Shown piece after piece: positions 39,110 to 49,495 of a DNA stretch of 64,000 nt (its first letter is position 1; every line of letters begins with the position of its first letter). A model generated the notes under the pieces. The model saw nothing but the letters and a program-made list of their open reading frames with translations. It was not told the DNA's origin and did no database searches. Source of the stretch: an uncultured Anaerolineaceae bacterium. GTDB lineage: Bacteria; Chloroflexota; Limnocylindria; Limnocylindrales; CSP1-4. Made by a program: the position numbers and the translations under genes. The DNA lies in assembly GCA_964483405.1 (NCBI GenBank), contig CAZABC010000002.1, positions 39,756 through 103,755 of the forward strand. The letters are read 5' to 3'.

Positions 39110-41104
39110 GTGGACCTGCGCGAGGCGTTGGCCAGTCCGGCCGGCGTGATGGTCGTCCTCCTGACGGTCATCATCGTCGCCCCGTACGTCGCGGAGCGGC
39201 TCCGCCTGCCCGGGATCATCGGGCTGCTGATCGGCGGGTTCCTCATCGGCGAGACCGGGCTCGACCTGGTGGGCGGCAACGCGGCGCTCGAGTTCATCGG
39301 CGACATCGGCCTGCTGTACCTCATGACCCTCGCCGGGCTCGAGCTGGACCTCAAGGCCTTCTCCCGGATCCGGAACTCGGCGATCCGCTTCGGGCTGCTG
39401 ACGTTCATCCTCCCGTTCGGCCTCGGGCTGGGGATCGCCATCCGTCTCGACTACGACCTCCTCGCGGCGATCCTCATCGGCTCGCTCTGGGCGTCGCACA
39501 CGCTCGTCGTCTACCCGGTCGTCCGCCGCTACGGCCTGGCCACGAACCCGGCGGTCAGCGTGACCGTCGGCGCCACGGTCATCACCGACACGCTCGCCCT
39601 GCTCGTCCTCGCCGTCGTCGCGGGCACCTTCATCGCCGGTGGCTTCGACCCGTCGGTCATCGTCGGTCTCGGCATCGGCCTCGTCGTCCTGCTTGCCTAC
39701 TGCTTCGTCGTCCTGCCGCGGACGGCCCGCGGGTTCTTCCTCGGGTTCGGACGGGAGCGGGGCCTGCGCTTCCTGTTCGTGTTCGCCGGGTTCCTCTCGG
39801 CGGCGGTCGTCGCCGACCTTGCCGGCATCGAGGGCATCGTCGGCGCGTTCTTCGCCGGACTCGCCCTCAACCGGCTCGTCCCACGCGGCAGCCCGCTCGC
39901 CGAGATCGTCGAGTTCTTCGGGTCGTCACTGTTCATCCCGGCCTTCCTCGTCTCGGTCGGCCTGCTCATCGACCCGTCGGTCATGTTCGATCCGCAGACG
40001 CTCGCCCTCGCGGCCGGCTTCCTCGTCGCGGTCACCGGCGGCAAGCTCCTGGCGGCGGTCATCGCCGGCCGTCTCGCGCGCTACTCGGTCGCCGAGACCG
40101 GGGTGATGTTCTCGCTGTCGTACGCCCAGGCGGCCGCGACCCTCGCCGCGACGAAGGTCGGTTACGACATCGGGCTCTTCGGCGAGGCGACGGTCAACGC
40201 GGTCGTCGTCGTCTGCGTCGTCACCCTCCTCGTCGTCTCCCTCGCAGCGTCGTACTTCGCCGCCCGCGTCGCCCCGCGCGAGGCCGAGGCCGCCCGCCTC
40301 GGCGGCACGGTGATCCTGCCGATCGACGACGCCGCGGCCGCGCCGGCGCTCGTCGCACTCGGCCAGGCGATCGCCGTACCCGACGGCGGCCGGATCGTCC
40401 CGATCCACGTCCACGCCGACGACGAGGGGCGGCCACTGGCCGAGGCCAGGGCGACCGCGCTCGCGATCGACGAGCAGGTCCGGGCGTCGGGCGTCGAGGC
40501 GGAGCCCTCGTTCGTCGTCGCTCGGTCGATCGTCCAGGGCGTCCGGAACACGATCGTCCAGCACGAGGGCACGATGGTCCTCCTCGGCCGCGCCGCCGGC
40601 CTGCCGACGGCGGAGCTCGTGTTCGGCGGGCGGGTCGACGACTTCGTCGCGGCGTCGCCCGTCCCGGTCGTCGTCGCCGCGCTGTCGGACCGCCCGATCG
40701 AGCGGGTCGTCGTCGCGGTCAGGGCTACGGACCTCGACGCGAACCGGCGCGTCGAGCTCGGTCTGGCGATCGAGCTGATCGGCCGGCTCGCCGAGTCGGA
40801 CCTGCCGATCGTCATCGGCGCCGAGCCGGGCGTGGCGATCCCCGCCGGTTCGCTTCCCTCGGACGGGGTGACCGTCGAGCCGATGACCGGCGGACGCCCG
40901 GCCTGGCTCCGCGCGACCGCGAAGCCCGGCGACCTCGTCGTCTTCCCGGCGGGCCTCGGGCGCTGGCTGTTCGGCGTCGACGCGGCCCGCATCGCCGCGC
41001 TCGAGGGCGTCTCGGTCGCCGTCATCAGCGGCCCGAACCGGGCCGGGGCGGTCGTCCCGGCCATGGACACCGGGTCCGGGGTCCTCGGCGGCGCGTCCGC
41101 CTGA
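39110..41104 (+). CDS. Cation:proton antiporter (CPA family) with a C-terminal cytoplasmic regulatory domain
   Basis: About 400 aa of a polytopic Na+/H+-exchanger-like membrane domain plus a ~250-aa soluble C-terminus. GTG 39110 is preceded by GGAGGG. Confidence 0.85.
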   Translation: MDLREALASPAGVMVVLLTVIIVAPYVAERLRLPGIIGLLIGGFLIGETGLDLVGGNAALEFIGDIGLLYLMTLAGLELDLKAFSRIRNSAIRFGLLTFILPFGLGLGIAIRLDYDLLAAILIGSLWASHTLVVYPVVRRYGLATNPAVSVTVGATVITDTLALLVLAVVAGTFIAGGFDPSVIVGLGIGLVVLLAYCFVVLPRTARGFFLGFGRERGLRFLFVFAGFLSAAVVADLAGIEGIVGAFFAGLALNRLVPRGSPLAEIVEFFGSSLFIPAFLVSVGLLIDPSVMFDPQTLALAAGFLVAVTGGKLLAAVIAGRLARYSVAETGVMFSLSYAQAAATLAATKVGYDIGLFGEATVNAVVVVCVVTLLVVSLAASYFAARVAPREAEAARLGGTVILPIDDAAAAPALVALGQAIAVPDGGRIVPIHVHADDEGRPLAEARATALAIDEQVRASGVEAEPSFVVARSIVQGVRNTIVQHEGTMVLLGRAAGLPTAELVFGGRVDDFVAASPVPVVVAALSDRPIERVVVAVRATDLDANRRVELGLAIELIGRLAESDLPIVIGAEPGVAIPAGSLPSDGVTVEPMTGGRPAWLRATAKPGDLVVFPAGLGRWLFGVDAARIAALEGVSVAVISGPNRAGAVVPAMDTGSGVLGGASA

Positions 41105-41173
41105 GGCGGGCTCGAGGGGGCTGCGCCGGGGCGGCGGCTCGACGGCCGCGCGACCTGCGCTCGCGCCGCGCCG

Positions 41174-41722
41174 TCAGGCGGGCGGGCCGAGGTCGTCGAG
41201 GATCACCTCGACGACCATCCCGACGTCGCGCCCATCCGTCTCGACGACGAGATCCGCGACGCCGGTGAAGCGCGCCGCGCGCCGCGCATCGAGGTCGAGG
41301 AACGACGCGACCGGGTCCCGGCCGTGCCGGGGTCGGTGGGCTGCGGCGTCCGTGGCGAGGCGGGCGACGAGGACGGCTGGGCCGGCCCGGAGCCAGACGG
41401 CGCGGACCGTCGGGTCGGCGAGCGCCGCCCGGCAGACCGGGTCGTCGACGACGCTCGCCGCCGCGGCGACGACGGCGCGGCCCGGCATGGCGAGGGCATC
41501 GAGGAGGACCCGCGCCTCCACGGCGTGCAGGGCGGCGACGCCGTGCCGCGACTCGCGATCGGCCGCGGTCATGGTCCGGCCGTCGGCCACGCCGGTCTCG
41601 AGCCGTTCGTCGCTGTCGACGAACGGGAGCCCGAGGCGCTCGGCGAGCGCGCGGCCGACCGTCGTCTTGCCGGCCCCCATCGAGCCGACGAGGACGACGG
41701 CCCGCCAGGGCGGTCGCGGCAT
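41174..41722 (-). CDS. Shikimate-kinase-like P-loop kinase
   Basis: VLVGSMGAGKTTVGRALAERLGLPFVDSD (Walker A, AroK-like). Confidence 0.6.
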   Translation of the reverse strand: MPRPPWRAVVLVGSMGAGKTTVGRALAERLGLPFVDSDERLETGVADGRTMTAADRESRHGVAALHAVEARVLLDALAMPGRAVVAAAASVVDDPVCRAALADPTVRAVWLRAGPAVLVARLATDAAAHRPRHGRDPVASFLDLDARRAARFTGVADLVVETDGRDVGMVVEVILDDLGPPA

Positions 41723-41747
41723 GCCGGCGCCCGGTGCGCCCCGTGCC

Positions 41748-42326
41748 TCAGCCGTCCGCGCGGGCCGCGGCCTTCATCTCGCGCTTGCGGGCCTGGTAGG
41801 TCGCCAGCGCCTCCGCGGAATCGACGTCGGCGAGCGTCGGACCGGTCGGCATGACCGCCTCCCAGCCATCCGGCCGGAGCCCGAATCGGCGGACGAGGAC
41901 CCCGACGATGGTCGCGGCCTTCATCTCGCCGATGCCCGGCAGCGCCCGGAGACGGGCGAGGAGGTCGGCGCCGTCGCGGGCCTCTGTCCAGACCCGTCGG
42001 ACGTCACCGCCATGGTCGGCTACGACCGCGGCGCAGAGCGCCTGGACCCGCTCGGCCATCGAGCCCGGGAAGCGGTGCAGCGCCGGCGGTGTGCGGAAGG
42101 CCGTCGCAAGCGCCTCCGGGTCCATCGCCGCGATCACCGCGGCATCGAGCGTGCCGATGCGGCGGCGGAGCTCGAGCGGGCCGGCGAACGCCTTCTGGAC
42201 GGTGACCTGCTGGTCGAGGACGAAGCCGATGGCGAGGGCGAGCGGGTCCGTGGCAAGGAGGGCGTCGGCCTCCGGATCGCCGGTGAACGGGAGGCTGGTC
42301 ACGGGGGCGGTCGGCGGTGTCGTCAT
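41748..42326 (-). CDS. HhH-GPD superfamily base-excision DNA repair protein
   Basis: 192 aa with an HhH-GPD core (LRALPGIGEMKAATIVGVLV). Confidence 0.65.
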   Translation of the reverse strand: MTTPPTAPVTSLPFTGDPEADALLATDPLALAIGFVLDQQVTVQKAFAGPLELRRRIGTLDAAVIAAMDPEALATAFRTPPALHRFPGSMAERVQALCAAVVADHGGDVRRVWTEARDGADLLARLRALPGIGEMKAATIVGVLVRRFGLRPDGWEAVMPTGPTLADVDSAEALATYQARKREMKAAARADG

Positions 42327-42402
42327 GGCCGGATGCTACCGCGGGCCGCTCGGCACCGACAGCCGTTGGACGGCGGACGGCTCGGCGGGCGACACTCCGC
42401 GC

Positions 42403-43332
42403 ATGACGAACCCGACCGACGACGCGCCGCACGGCGCCCCGATCCCGCCGCCGCCCGCGCCCGAGGGGCCGCCAGCGGCCCCGTCCGAGCCGGCGGCCCC
42501 GGCCGAGCCGGCAGCCCCGGCCGCGCCCCCGCCGGCCGAGCCGGCCCGTGGTGGCCGGGGTCCGCTCGGCTATGTCATCGCCCTCGTCGGCGGCCTGGCG
42601 ATCGGCGTCGTCGCCTTCGCCCTCGCCGGCTCGCTCGCGGCTGGCCCGGCTGCCACCCCCGAGCCCTCCAGCGCGGCATCCCCGTCGCCGAGCGGCGGGG
42701 CCGGCGGGTATGAGCGCGGCATGGCCCTCGGCGACCCCGACGCCCCAGTGACGATCGAGGTCTGGGCCGACTACCAGTGCCCGTACTGCGGGCTCCAGGC
42801 CCACGGCGTCGAGCCGGCGATCGAGCGGATGTACGCCGCGACCGGGCGGGCGACGATGGTGTTCCGCGACTTCGCGTTCCTCGGCCAGGAGTCGTTCGAC
42901 GCGGCCGTCGCCGCTCGCTGCGCCGGGCAGCAGGACACCTACTGGCACTACCACGACCTCGTCTTCGCCTCGCAGAGTGGTGAGAACCAGGGGGCGTTCG
43001 CCCGCGAGCGCCTGGTCGGGCTGGCCTCCTTCGCCGGCCTCGACGAGGCGGCCTTCACCGCCTGCCTCGACGACCCGGCGGTCCTCGCCGAGGTCGAGGC
43101 CGACACGGCCGAGGGTCGGACGTTCGGCGTCTCGTCGACCCCGACGATCCGGATCGTCGGCCCGATGAGCACCCAGATCGTGACCGGCCTGAAGCCGCTC
43201 TCGGAGATCGAGGCGGCGGTCGAGCGCTCGATCAGCGAGCCGCCGACACCGAGCTCGTCCCCGAGCCCCGGCAGCGGGGCGAGCGCCTCGCCGAGTCCCG
43301 CCACCAGCCCGGCCGCCTCGCCGAGCCCGTAG
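42403..43332 (+). CDS. Membrane-anchored DsbA-family thiol:disulfide oxidoreductase with a Pro/Ala-rich N-terminus and a Ser/Pro-rich C-terminus
   Basis: CPYC active site, a TM anchor and a DsbA-like fold (VWADYQCPYCG). Confidence 0.8.
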   Translation: MTNPTDDAPHGAPIPPPPAPEGPPAAPSEPAAPAEPAAPAAPPPAEPARGGRGPLGYVIALVGGLAIGVVAFALAGSLAAGPAATPEPSSAASPSPSGGAGGYERGMALGDPDAPVTIEVWADYQCPYCGLQAHGVEPAIERMYAATGRATMVFRDFAFLGQESFDAAVAARCAGQQDTYWHYHDLVFASQSGENQGAFARERLVGLASFAGLDEAAFTACLDDPAVLAEVEADTAEGRTFGVSSTPTIRIVGPMSTQIVTGLKPLSEIEAAVERSISEPPTPSSSPSPGSGASASPSPATSPAASPSP

Positions 43333-43377
43333 CGACAGCGCCCGCTCTGGTCCGTCCGACCCCGGGCCCAAGCCCGG

Positions 43378-44331
43378 TCAGGCCGGCGGGACGATCACCC
43401 GGACCGACCCGGGCACGACCCGGGCCGTCATCCGGCCGCTGCCGACCCGGTCGCCGTCGACCTCGACCGGCTCCGGCGGGTCGCCCGCGATGTCGACGGC
43501 GACCTCGGTCCCGGCCAGCCGGAGGCCCTTGCCGGTCGCGCCCCAGCCCGGAGCAGCGCCGGCGAGGAGTTCCAGCGCGCCGACGACGCTGCCGACGACG
43601 CCGCCCCGGACGAGGAAGACGTGGAGCCGGCCGTCGTCCGGCCGGATGGGCAGGCGCGGCCGAAGGAGCCCGGGGATCACCTCGCCGGCGTTCGCGACGA
43701 GGACGACGATCGCCTCGGTCTCGTGGCGGACGCCGTCGACCGTCAGGACGGCCGGGCGCGGCCGGAGGTCGCCCACCTGCCCGAGCGCCGCGACGAGGTA
43801 GGCGCCGATCCCGTAGCGTCGCTTGGCGTCCTTCGAGGCCGCCGCGATGAACCGGGCGTCGAGCCCGATCCCGGCGGCGACGAGGAACGGCGACCCGCCG
43901 GGCTCCCCGGTCCGGTCGTCCGTGTCCCAGGTCGCAGCGCCCTGGTCGATCGCCCGGACCTGGCCCGACCGGAGCGTCGCGAGGGCCGACCGGCGATCGG
44001 TCGGGATCCCGAGGGCCGACGCCAGCAGGTTGCCGGTGCCCGCCGGCACGACGCCGAGCGCGACGTCGCGGGGCCCGCTGCCGGCAGCGGCCTCGCGGAC
44101 CGTGCCGTCGCCCCCGACGGCGACGACGAGTCCGGCTCCCGCGTCGACGGCGGCGGCGACCGTCGAGCGGAGCGTCGCGGCATCGGGGCACTCGACGACC
44201 TCGACGGTCCGATGGCCGCGGGCGCTCGCGGCTCGGGCAGCGTCGGCGGCGTAGGCGGCGCGCCGCCCCGGGTCGACGAGTCGCGACGCGCCGAGCCCGA
44301 GGACGACGATGGCCGGACGGTCGTCGTGCAC
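43378..44331 (-). CDS. Diacylglycerol-kinase-family lipid kinase (DAGK_cat/YegS-like)
   Basis: IVVLGLGASR...VAVGGDGTV, the GGDGT motif. GTG start is preferred; the ORF upstream of it looks non-coding. Confidence 0.75.
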   Translation of the reverse strand: MHDDRPAIVVLGLGASRLVDPGRRAAYAADAARAASARGHRTVEVVECPDAATLRSTVAAAVDAGAGLVVAVGGDGTVREAAAGSGPRDVALGVVPAGTGNLLASALGIPTDRRSALATLRSGQVRAIDQGAATWDTDDRTGEPGGSPFLVAAGIGLDARFIAAASKDAKRRYGIGAYLVAALGQVGDLRPRPAVLTVDGVRHETEAIVVLVANAGEVIPGLLRPRLPIRPDDGRLHVFLVRGGVVGSVVGALELLAGAAPGWGATGKGLRLAGTEVAVDIAGDPPEPVEVDGDRVGSGRMTARVVPGSVRVIVPPA

Positions 44332-44401
44332 GTCCCCGAGCGTAGCGCCGAACGCGTCGGCCGATCGCGCCGCGCCGCCGCGGCTATGCGACGATGACCG
44401 C

Positions 44402-45193
44402 GTGAGCCACGAGCCGCGGATCCACTTCCTCGGGCACGCGACGGTCATGATCGAGCTCGAGGACCATCGGATCCTCACCGACCCGGCCCTCCGCCCGATC
44501 ATCGGGCCGCTCGTCCGGTCCGGCCCGGTCCCGACGCCGGCCGACTACGCCGACGTCGACCTCGTCCTCATCTCGCACCTCCATCACGACCATCTCGACC
44601 TGCCCTCGCTGCGGCTCCTGCCCGGCGATCCGACGGTCCTCGTGCCGGTCGGCGGCGGGCCGTTCCTCCGCCGCAACGGCGTCGGCGACGTCGTCGAGGT
44701 CGCGGAGGGCGACCGGATCGATCGCGGGAGCCTCCGGATCCGGGCCGTCCAGGCGGTCCACCCCGGCCAGCGGCCGCCGCTCGGGCCGACCGGACCGGCG
44801 CTCGGCTACCTCCTCGAGGGCGCTCGGCACCGGATCTACTTCGCCGGCGACACCGACATCTACGGCGGGATGGCCGAGCTCGGCGATCCCGACATCGCCC
44901 TCATCCCGGTCAGCGGCTGGGGCCCCACCCGCGGCAAGGGCCACCTCGACCCGAGGGAGGCGGCCGAGGCGCTCCGCCTCATCCGGCCCCGGGTCGCGAT
45001 CCCGATCCACTGGGGGACGTTCTGGCCCCGGGGGCTCGGCATGGTCCGGGCCGATCGCCGGACCGGCGCTGCGGCGCTCTTCGCCAAGCACGCGGCCGAG
45101 GTCGCCCCCGAGGTCGACGTCCGGATCGCCCTGCCGGGCGAGCGCGTCTCGCTGCCGCGTCACCACGACCACCCGGTCGAGGCGACCGGGTGA
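44402..45193 (+). CDS. MBL-fold metallo-hydrolase
   Basis: HLHHDH metal-binding motif with later His/Asp ligands. The GTG start is the first in-frame start. Confidence 0.8.
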   Translation: MSHEPRIHFLGHATVMIELEDHRILTDPALRPIIGPLVRSGPVPTPADYADVDLVLISHLHHDHLDLPSLRLLPGDPTVLVPVGGGPFLRRNGVGDVVEVAEGDRIDRGSLRIRAVQAVHPGQRPPLGPTGPALGYLLEGARHRIYFAGDTDIYGGMAELGDPDIALIPVSGWGPTRGKGHLDPREAAEALRLIRPRVAIPIHWGTFWPRGLGMVRADRRTGAAALFAKHAAEVAPEVDVRIALPGERVSLPRHHDHPVEATG

Positions 45194-45960
45194 GGACCGT
45201 CACCCGCAAGTCGGCCCGCGAGATCGAGCAGATGCGGCGGGCGGGCCGACTCGTGGCCGAGGTCCTCGCGCTCGTCGAGTCGAGCCTCCGGCCAGGCGTC
45301 ACCGCCGCGGAGCTCGACGCGGCCGTCGAGCGCCACATCCGGGCCGCCGGCGGCCTGCCGTCGTTCAAGGGCTACCGGATCGACCCGGCCACGCCACCGT
45401 TCCCGGGCTCGATCTGCGTCTCGATCGACGACGAGGTCGTCCACGGGCTGCCCGACAGGCGGGTCATCCGCGAGGGGATGCTCGTGTCGATCGACGCGGG
45501 CGCGATCGTCGACGGCTGGCACGGCGACGCGGCCCGCACGTTCTACGTCGGCGATCCGCCGGCGGAGATCGCCGCCTTCATCGAGACGACCCGCCTCGCG
45601 CTCATCGCCGGGATCGCCGCGGCCCGACCCGGCGCCCGGATCGGCGACATCTCGGGGGCCGTCGAGGACGTAGCGACGGCGGCCGGCTACGGCATCGTCC
45701 GCGAGTGCGTCGGCCACGGGATCGGCACCGCGATGCACGAGCCGCCCGACGTCCCGAACTTCCGTGGTCGCTCGGCGGGGATGCGGCTCGAGCCGGGACT
45801 CTGCGTCGCCATCGAGCCGATGCTGACGATGGGCCGGCCGGTCGTAGGCCTGCTCGACGACGGCTGGACGATCGTCACCCGCGACGGATCGCTCGCCTGC
45901 CACTTCGAGCACACGGTCGCGATCACCGACGACGGGCCGGTGATCCTGACGACCGTCTGA
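45190..45960 (+). CDS. map: Type I methionine aminopeptidase
   Basis: The MetAP pita-bread motifs are throughout (SIDDEVVHG, HGIG, AIEPM). The GTG start overlaps the upstream stop (GTGA). Confidence 0.9.
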   Translation: MRTVTRKSAREIEQMRRAGRLVAEVLALVESSLRPGVTAAELDAAVERHIRAAGGLPSFKGYRIDPATPPFPGSICVSIDDEVVHGLPDRRVIREGMLVSIDAGAIVDGWHGDAARTFYVGDPPAEIAAFIETTRLALIAGIAAARPGARIGDISGAVEDVATAAGYGIVRECVGHGIGTAMHEPPDVPNFRGRSAGMRLEPGLCVAIEPMLTMGRPVVGLLDDGWTIVTRDGSLACHFEHTVAITDDGPVILTTV

Positions 45961-45988
45961 GGCCGGCGTCCCCGGGCGGAGTCCCGCC

Positions 45989-46483
45989 TCAGCCCCGGGC
46001 GATCGGCGCGATCGTCGCCCCGGTGAGGCCGACCAGGTCGGCCGGGTCGAGCTCGACCTGGAGCCCGCGCCGGCCGGCGCTGACGAACACCGTCGCGTGG
46101 GCGAGGGCGCCCTCGTCGACGACCGTCGGGAGCCGCCGCCGCCCACCGAGCGGGCTGATCCCCCCGACGACGTATCCGGTCGCCCGCTCGGCGGCAGCGG
46201 GCTCGGCCATGACCGCCCGGCGACCGCCCACGGCGGCGGCGAGCGCCTTGAGGTCGAGCTCGCCGGCGACCGGGACGACGCCGAGGACGAGCGTCCCGTC
46301 GACCGCGGCCACGAGCGTCTTGAGGAGCCGCTCGGGCGACACGGCGAGGGCCACCGCGGTCTCCTCGCCGTAGGCATGCCGCCCGCCGCGCGCGTCGACC
46401 CGCTCGTCGAGCTCGTAGGCGTGGACGGTGTGCGCGACCTTCGCCGCGACGAGCGCGGCCAGCGCTGGCGTGGCCGGGGGCAT
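45989..46483 (-). CDS. ybaK: Cys-tRNA(Pro)/Cys-tRNA(Cys) deacylase YbaK
   Basis: YbaK/ProX deacylase fold (GYVVGGISPLG). Confidence 0.8.
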   Translation of the reverse strand: MPPATPALAALVAAKVAHTVHAYELDERVDARGGRHAYGEETAVALAVSPERLLKTLVAAVDGTLVLGVVPVAGELDLKALAAAVGGRRAVMAEPAAAERATGYVVGGISPLGGRRRLPTVVDEGALAHATVFVSAGRRGLQVELDPADLVGLTGATIAPIARG

Positions 46484-46492
46484 GCCCCGAAT

Positions 46493-47113
46493 CTAGCCGC
46501 TCGCGGCGGACACGGGCGGGCTGCCGAGGTCGGGCGGTGTCGTGCCCGGCATCGGAGGCGCCGGGGGCGGTGACGGATCCGCGGCCGACGGGGCGATCGG
46601 CCCCCCGGGCTCGTCGCGGACCCGGACCTCGAGGTGGGCGCCGGGGAAGAAGAAGCCGAGCATGAGCCCGGCCTCGACCCGGTCGACCGCGTAGCGGTTG
46701 ACGAGGAGGTGCTCGTGCGAGGCGACGACCGCGTCGGGCGCGTCGAGGAGGGCGATATCGACGGAGCGAAGGTGGACGAAGTCGCCGGTCGGCCGGGCGA
46801 GCGCCCGTCCGGGATCGAAGCCCGGCATCGTCGGCAGCTCGCCGGTCAACCGGTACGGGCCGACGTCGATCGTCACGGCGTGCCAGGTCGCGTGGACGGG
46901 GACGTCCGCCTCGGACGGGACGACGAGCAGGAGGCCCTCGACAGCGACCGACTCGGTCGCCGACGCGACGGCGGCTCCGTCGAGGGTGATCCCCTGGATC
47001 TGCACGACCCGGACCTCGTCGAGCGTCTCGAGGGCGTCTCGGAGCCGACCGGCCACGTCGACCAGGCCGGTGAACGAGCCGTCGGCCGTGTAGGCCTCGA
47101 TCGGGACGGGCAT
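46493..47113 (-). CDS. Hypothetical protein (206 aa) with a Pro-rich C-terminus
   Basis: Lies 10 nt upstream of ybaK on the same strand. GC3 is coding-like and I see no recognisable motif. Confidence 0.5.
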   Translation of the reverse strand: MPVPIEAYTADGSFTGLVDVAGRLRDALETLDEVRVVQIQGITLDGAAVASATESVAVEGLLLVVPSEADVPVHATWHAVTIDVGPYRLTGELPTMPGFDPGRALARPTGDFVHLRSVDIALLDAPDAVVASHEHLLVNRYAVDRVEAGLMLGFFFPGAHLEVRVRDEPGGPIAPSAADPSPPPAPPMPGTTPPDLGSPPVSAASG

Positions 47114-47413
47114 CTGCGGCTCCGTCGGGCGAAGATCGGATCCGAGCCTGCGGCGCCGGGTCGACGCCGTCCAGACCCGGAGGTACCGCGCCGCCCCGGC
47201 GGAGGTCCCGCGCCGCCGTCACGGGGCGAGATCGCGGCGCGCCCACGCACCGTACAGGGCCCCCGGGAGTGGTTCGCGGCCCGCATCGGCTATCCTGCGG
47301 CTGCCGCCTGCGCCGGCCGCCGGCGGCTGCCGCCGCCGGCGTGTCGACCCGTCCCACGGGCCACCGCGCCCATCGTCACCGCCCTGGTCCCGGGGCGGAC
47401 CAGGAGGAATGCC

Positions 47414-48709
47414 CTGACCTTCGCCGACCTCGGCCTGTCGCCCGAGCTGCTCCGCGCCGTCGAGGACGCGGGCTACACGGAGCCGACGCCGATCCAGCAG
47501 CAGGCCATCCCCGTCGTGATCGCCGGGCACGACGTCCTCGCGACGGCCCAGACCGGCACCGGCAAGACCGCCGCGTTCGTCCTGCCGATCCTCGAGCGAC
47601 TCCGCGGCCACGCGAACGCGAGCTACTCGCCGGCCCGGCATCCGGTCCGCTGCCTCATCCTCACGCCGACGCGCGAGCTGGCCGTCCAGGTCGAGGAGAT
47701 GGCCCGTGGCTACAGCATCCACTCGCCCCTCCGGACCGCGGTCGTCTATGGCGGCGTGCCGATCGACCCCCAGGCGAAGCAGCTCCTCGCCGGCGTCGAG
47801 ATCCTCGTCGCCACGCCGGGCCGGCTCCTCGACCACATCGGCAGCCGGACGACGAACCTCGGCCAGGTCGAGATCCTCGTCCTCGACGAGGCCGACCGGA
47901 TGCTCGACATGGGGTTCCTGCCCGACATCCGCCGGATCCTCGACGCCCTCCCGTCGCAGCGCCAGAACCTCCTCTTCTCGGCGACCTTCGGCGACGACGT
48001 CCGGTCGCTCGCCGACCGCCTCCTCGACGCACCGGTCCGGATCGCGGTCGCCCCGCCGAACGCGACGGCCGACCGGGTCCACCAGCTCGTGTACCCCGTC
48101 GACCGCGACCGCAAGGAGGAGCTCCTGGCCCACCTGATCCGGACGCGCGACCTCCGGCAGGTCCTCGTCTTCACCCGGACGAAGCTCGCAGCGGCGCGAC
48201 TCGCGTCTTGGCTCGACCGGCGCGGGCTCGAGGCGACGGCCATCCACGGCGACCGCAACCAGGCGGAGCGGACGAAGGCGCTCGAGGCGTTCAAGGCCGG
48301 CGAGGTCCGGGTCCTCGTCGCCACCGACGTCGCCGCCCGCGGCCTCGACATCGAAGAGCTGCCGCACGTCGTCAACTTCGAGCTCCCGTTCGACCCCGAG
48401 GACTACATCCATCGGATCGGCCGGACCGCCCGGGCCGGGCTCGAGGGCGAGGCGATCAGCCTCGTCTGCATCGACGAGGCGGACCTCCTTCGCGGCGTCC
48501 AGCGCCTCCTGAAGCAGGCGATCCCATGGACGGTGGAGGAGGGCTTCGTCCCCGACCGCAACGTCGAGCCGCGGCCCGTCCGCGTGCCCGGTGGCGCCCG
48601 CGGCGGCGGGTCGCGTGGCGGTGGGTCGCGCGACGGGAACGGAGCACGGGGCGGTGGCTCGCGCGGCACCAGCCCCGCCCGCCGTCCCCGCTCGAGCACC
48701 TCGGCCTGA
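47414..48709 (+). CDS. DEAD-box ATP-dependent RNA helicase (RhlE-like) with a Gly/Arg-rich C-terminal tail
   Basis: Q-motif, Walker A AQTGTGKT, DEAD, SAT, HGD and HRIGRTAR are all present. The N-terminus aligns from LTFADLGL. The only plausible start is CTG 47414, which sits 6 nt after a perfect AGGAGG. Confidence 0.8.
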   Translation: MTFADLGLSPELLRAVEDAGYTEPTPIQQQAIPVVIAGHDVLATAQTGTGKTAAFVLPILERLRGHANASYSPARHPVRCLILTPTRELAVQVEEMARGYSIHSPLRTAVVYGGVPIDPQAKQLLAGVEILVATPGRLLDHIGSRTTNLGQVEILVLDEADRMLDMGFLPDIRRILDALPSQRQNLLFSATFGDDVRSLADRLLDAPVRIAVAPPNATADRVHQLVYPVDRDRKEELLAHLIRTRDLRQVLVFTRTKLAAARLASWLDRRGLEATAIHGDRNQAERTKALEAFKAGEVRVLVATDVAARGLDIEELPHVVNFELPFDPEDYIHRIGRTARAGLEGEAISLVCIDEADLLRGVQRLLKQAIPWTVEEGFVPDRNVEPRPVRVPGGARGGGSRGGGSRDGNGARGGGSRGTSPARRPRSSTSA

Positions 48710-48737
48710 CGGGCCGACCACCCGCGACGGAGGCGTC

Positions 48738-49485
48738 GATGCCGCCGAAGGGCTTCCGCGAAGTCGTGATCCTCGTCCCCGAGGACGATCCCGGGGCCGC
48801 CGAGGCCGTACCGGGCGGGGCCTGGACCGCGCCCGGCGCCACGGCCGGCACCGACGACCCGTTCCCGACCGAGCGATGGGGCCGCCTCGTCCGGCGCCTG
48901 CCCCGCTACCTGAAGCTGGCCTGGGGTCTTGCCGGCGAGCCGCGGCTCCCGGCGGTGAAGAAGGCCGGCGTCCTGGCCGCCGCCGCCTACCTCGCCTCGC
49001 CGATCGACCTGGTGCCGGGCATCGTGCCCGTCCTCGGCCAGCTCGACGACGTCGCCGTCGTGATGCTCGCCATCCGGGCGGCGCTCCGGGCGCTCGACGA
49101 GCCGACCCGGATGCGGCTGCTGGCCTCCGCCGGCCTCGCGCCGACCGACCTCGACGACGACCTCACCACGATCGGCCTGTCGGCACGCTGGCTGGCCCGG
49201 CGGGGCGCCAGGCTCGGCCGACGCCTGCTCCTCCTCTCGGCGCGGGCCGCGGTCGTCGCCGGTCGGGCGGGGATCCGCGTCGGCGGCGACGTCGGCCGGC
49301 GGGTGGCGCCGCGCGTCGGGGCCGGGATCGGGGCCGGGGTATCGCTGACCCGCCGGGGCGTCGCGAGCGGCGCGTCGGCGACCGGACGCCGGATCGGGGG
49401 CATCATCCGGCGTCGCGCGGAGCCGACCGACGGCCCGCCCGGCGTTGCGGGCGCGCCCGCCGAACGGGGCGAGCCCACGTCCTGA
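48738..49485 (+). CDS. YkvA/DUF1232 family membrane protein
   Basis: AAYLASPIDLVPGIVPVLGQLDDVAVV is the DUF1232 signature. GGAGG is the RBS. Confidence 0.7.
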
Positions 49486-49495
49486 GCCGGACGGG

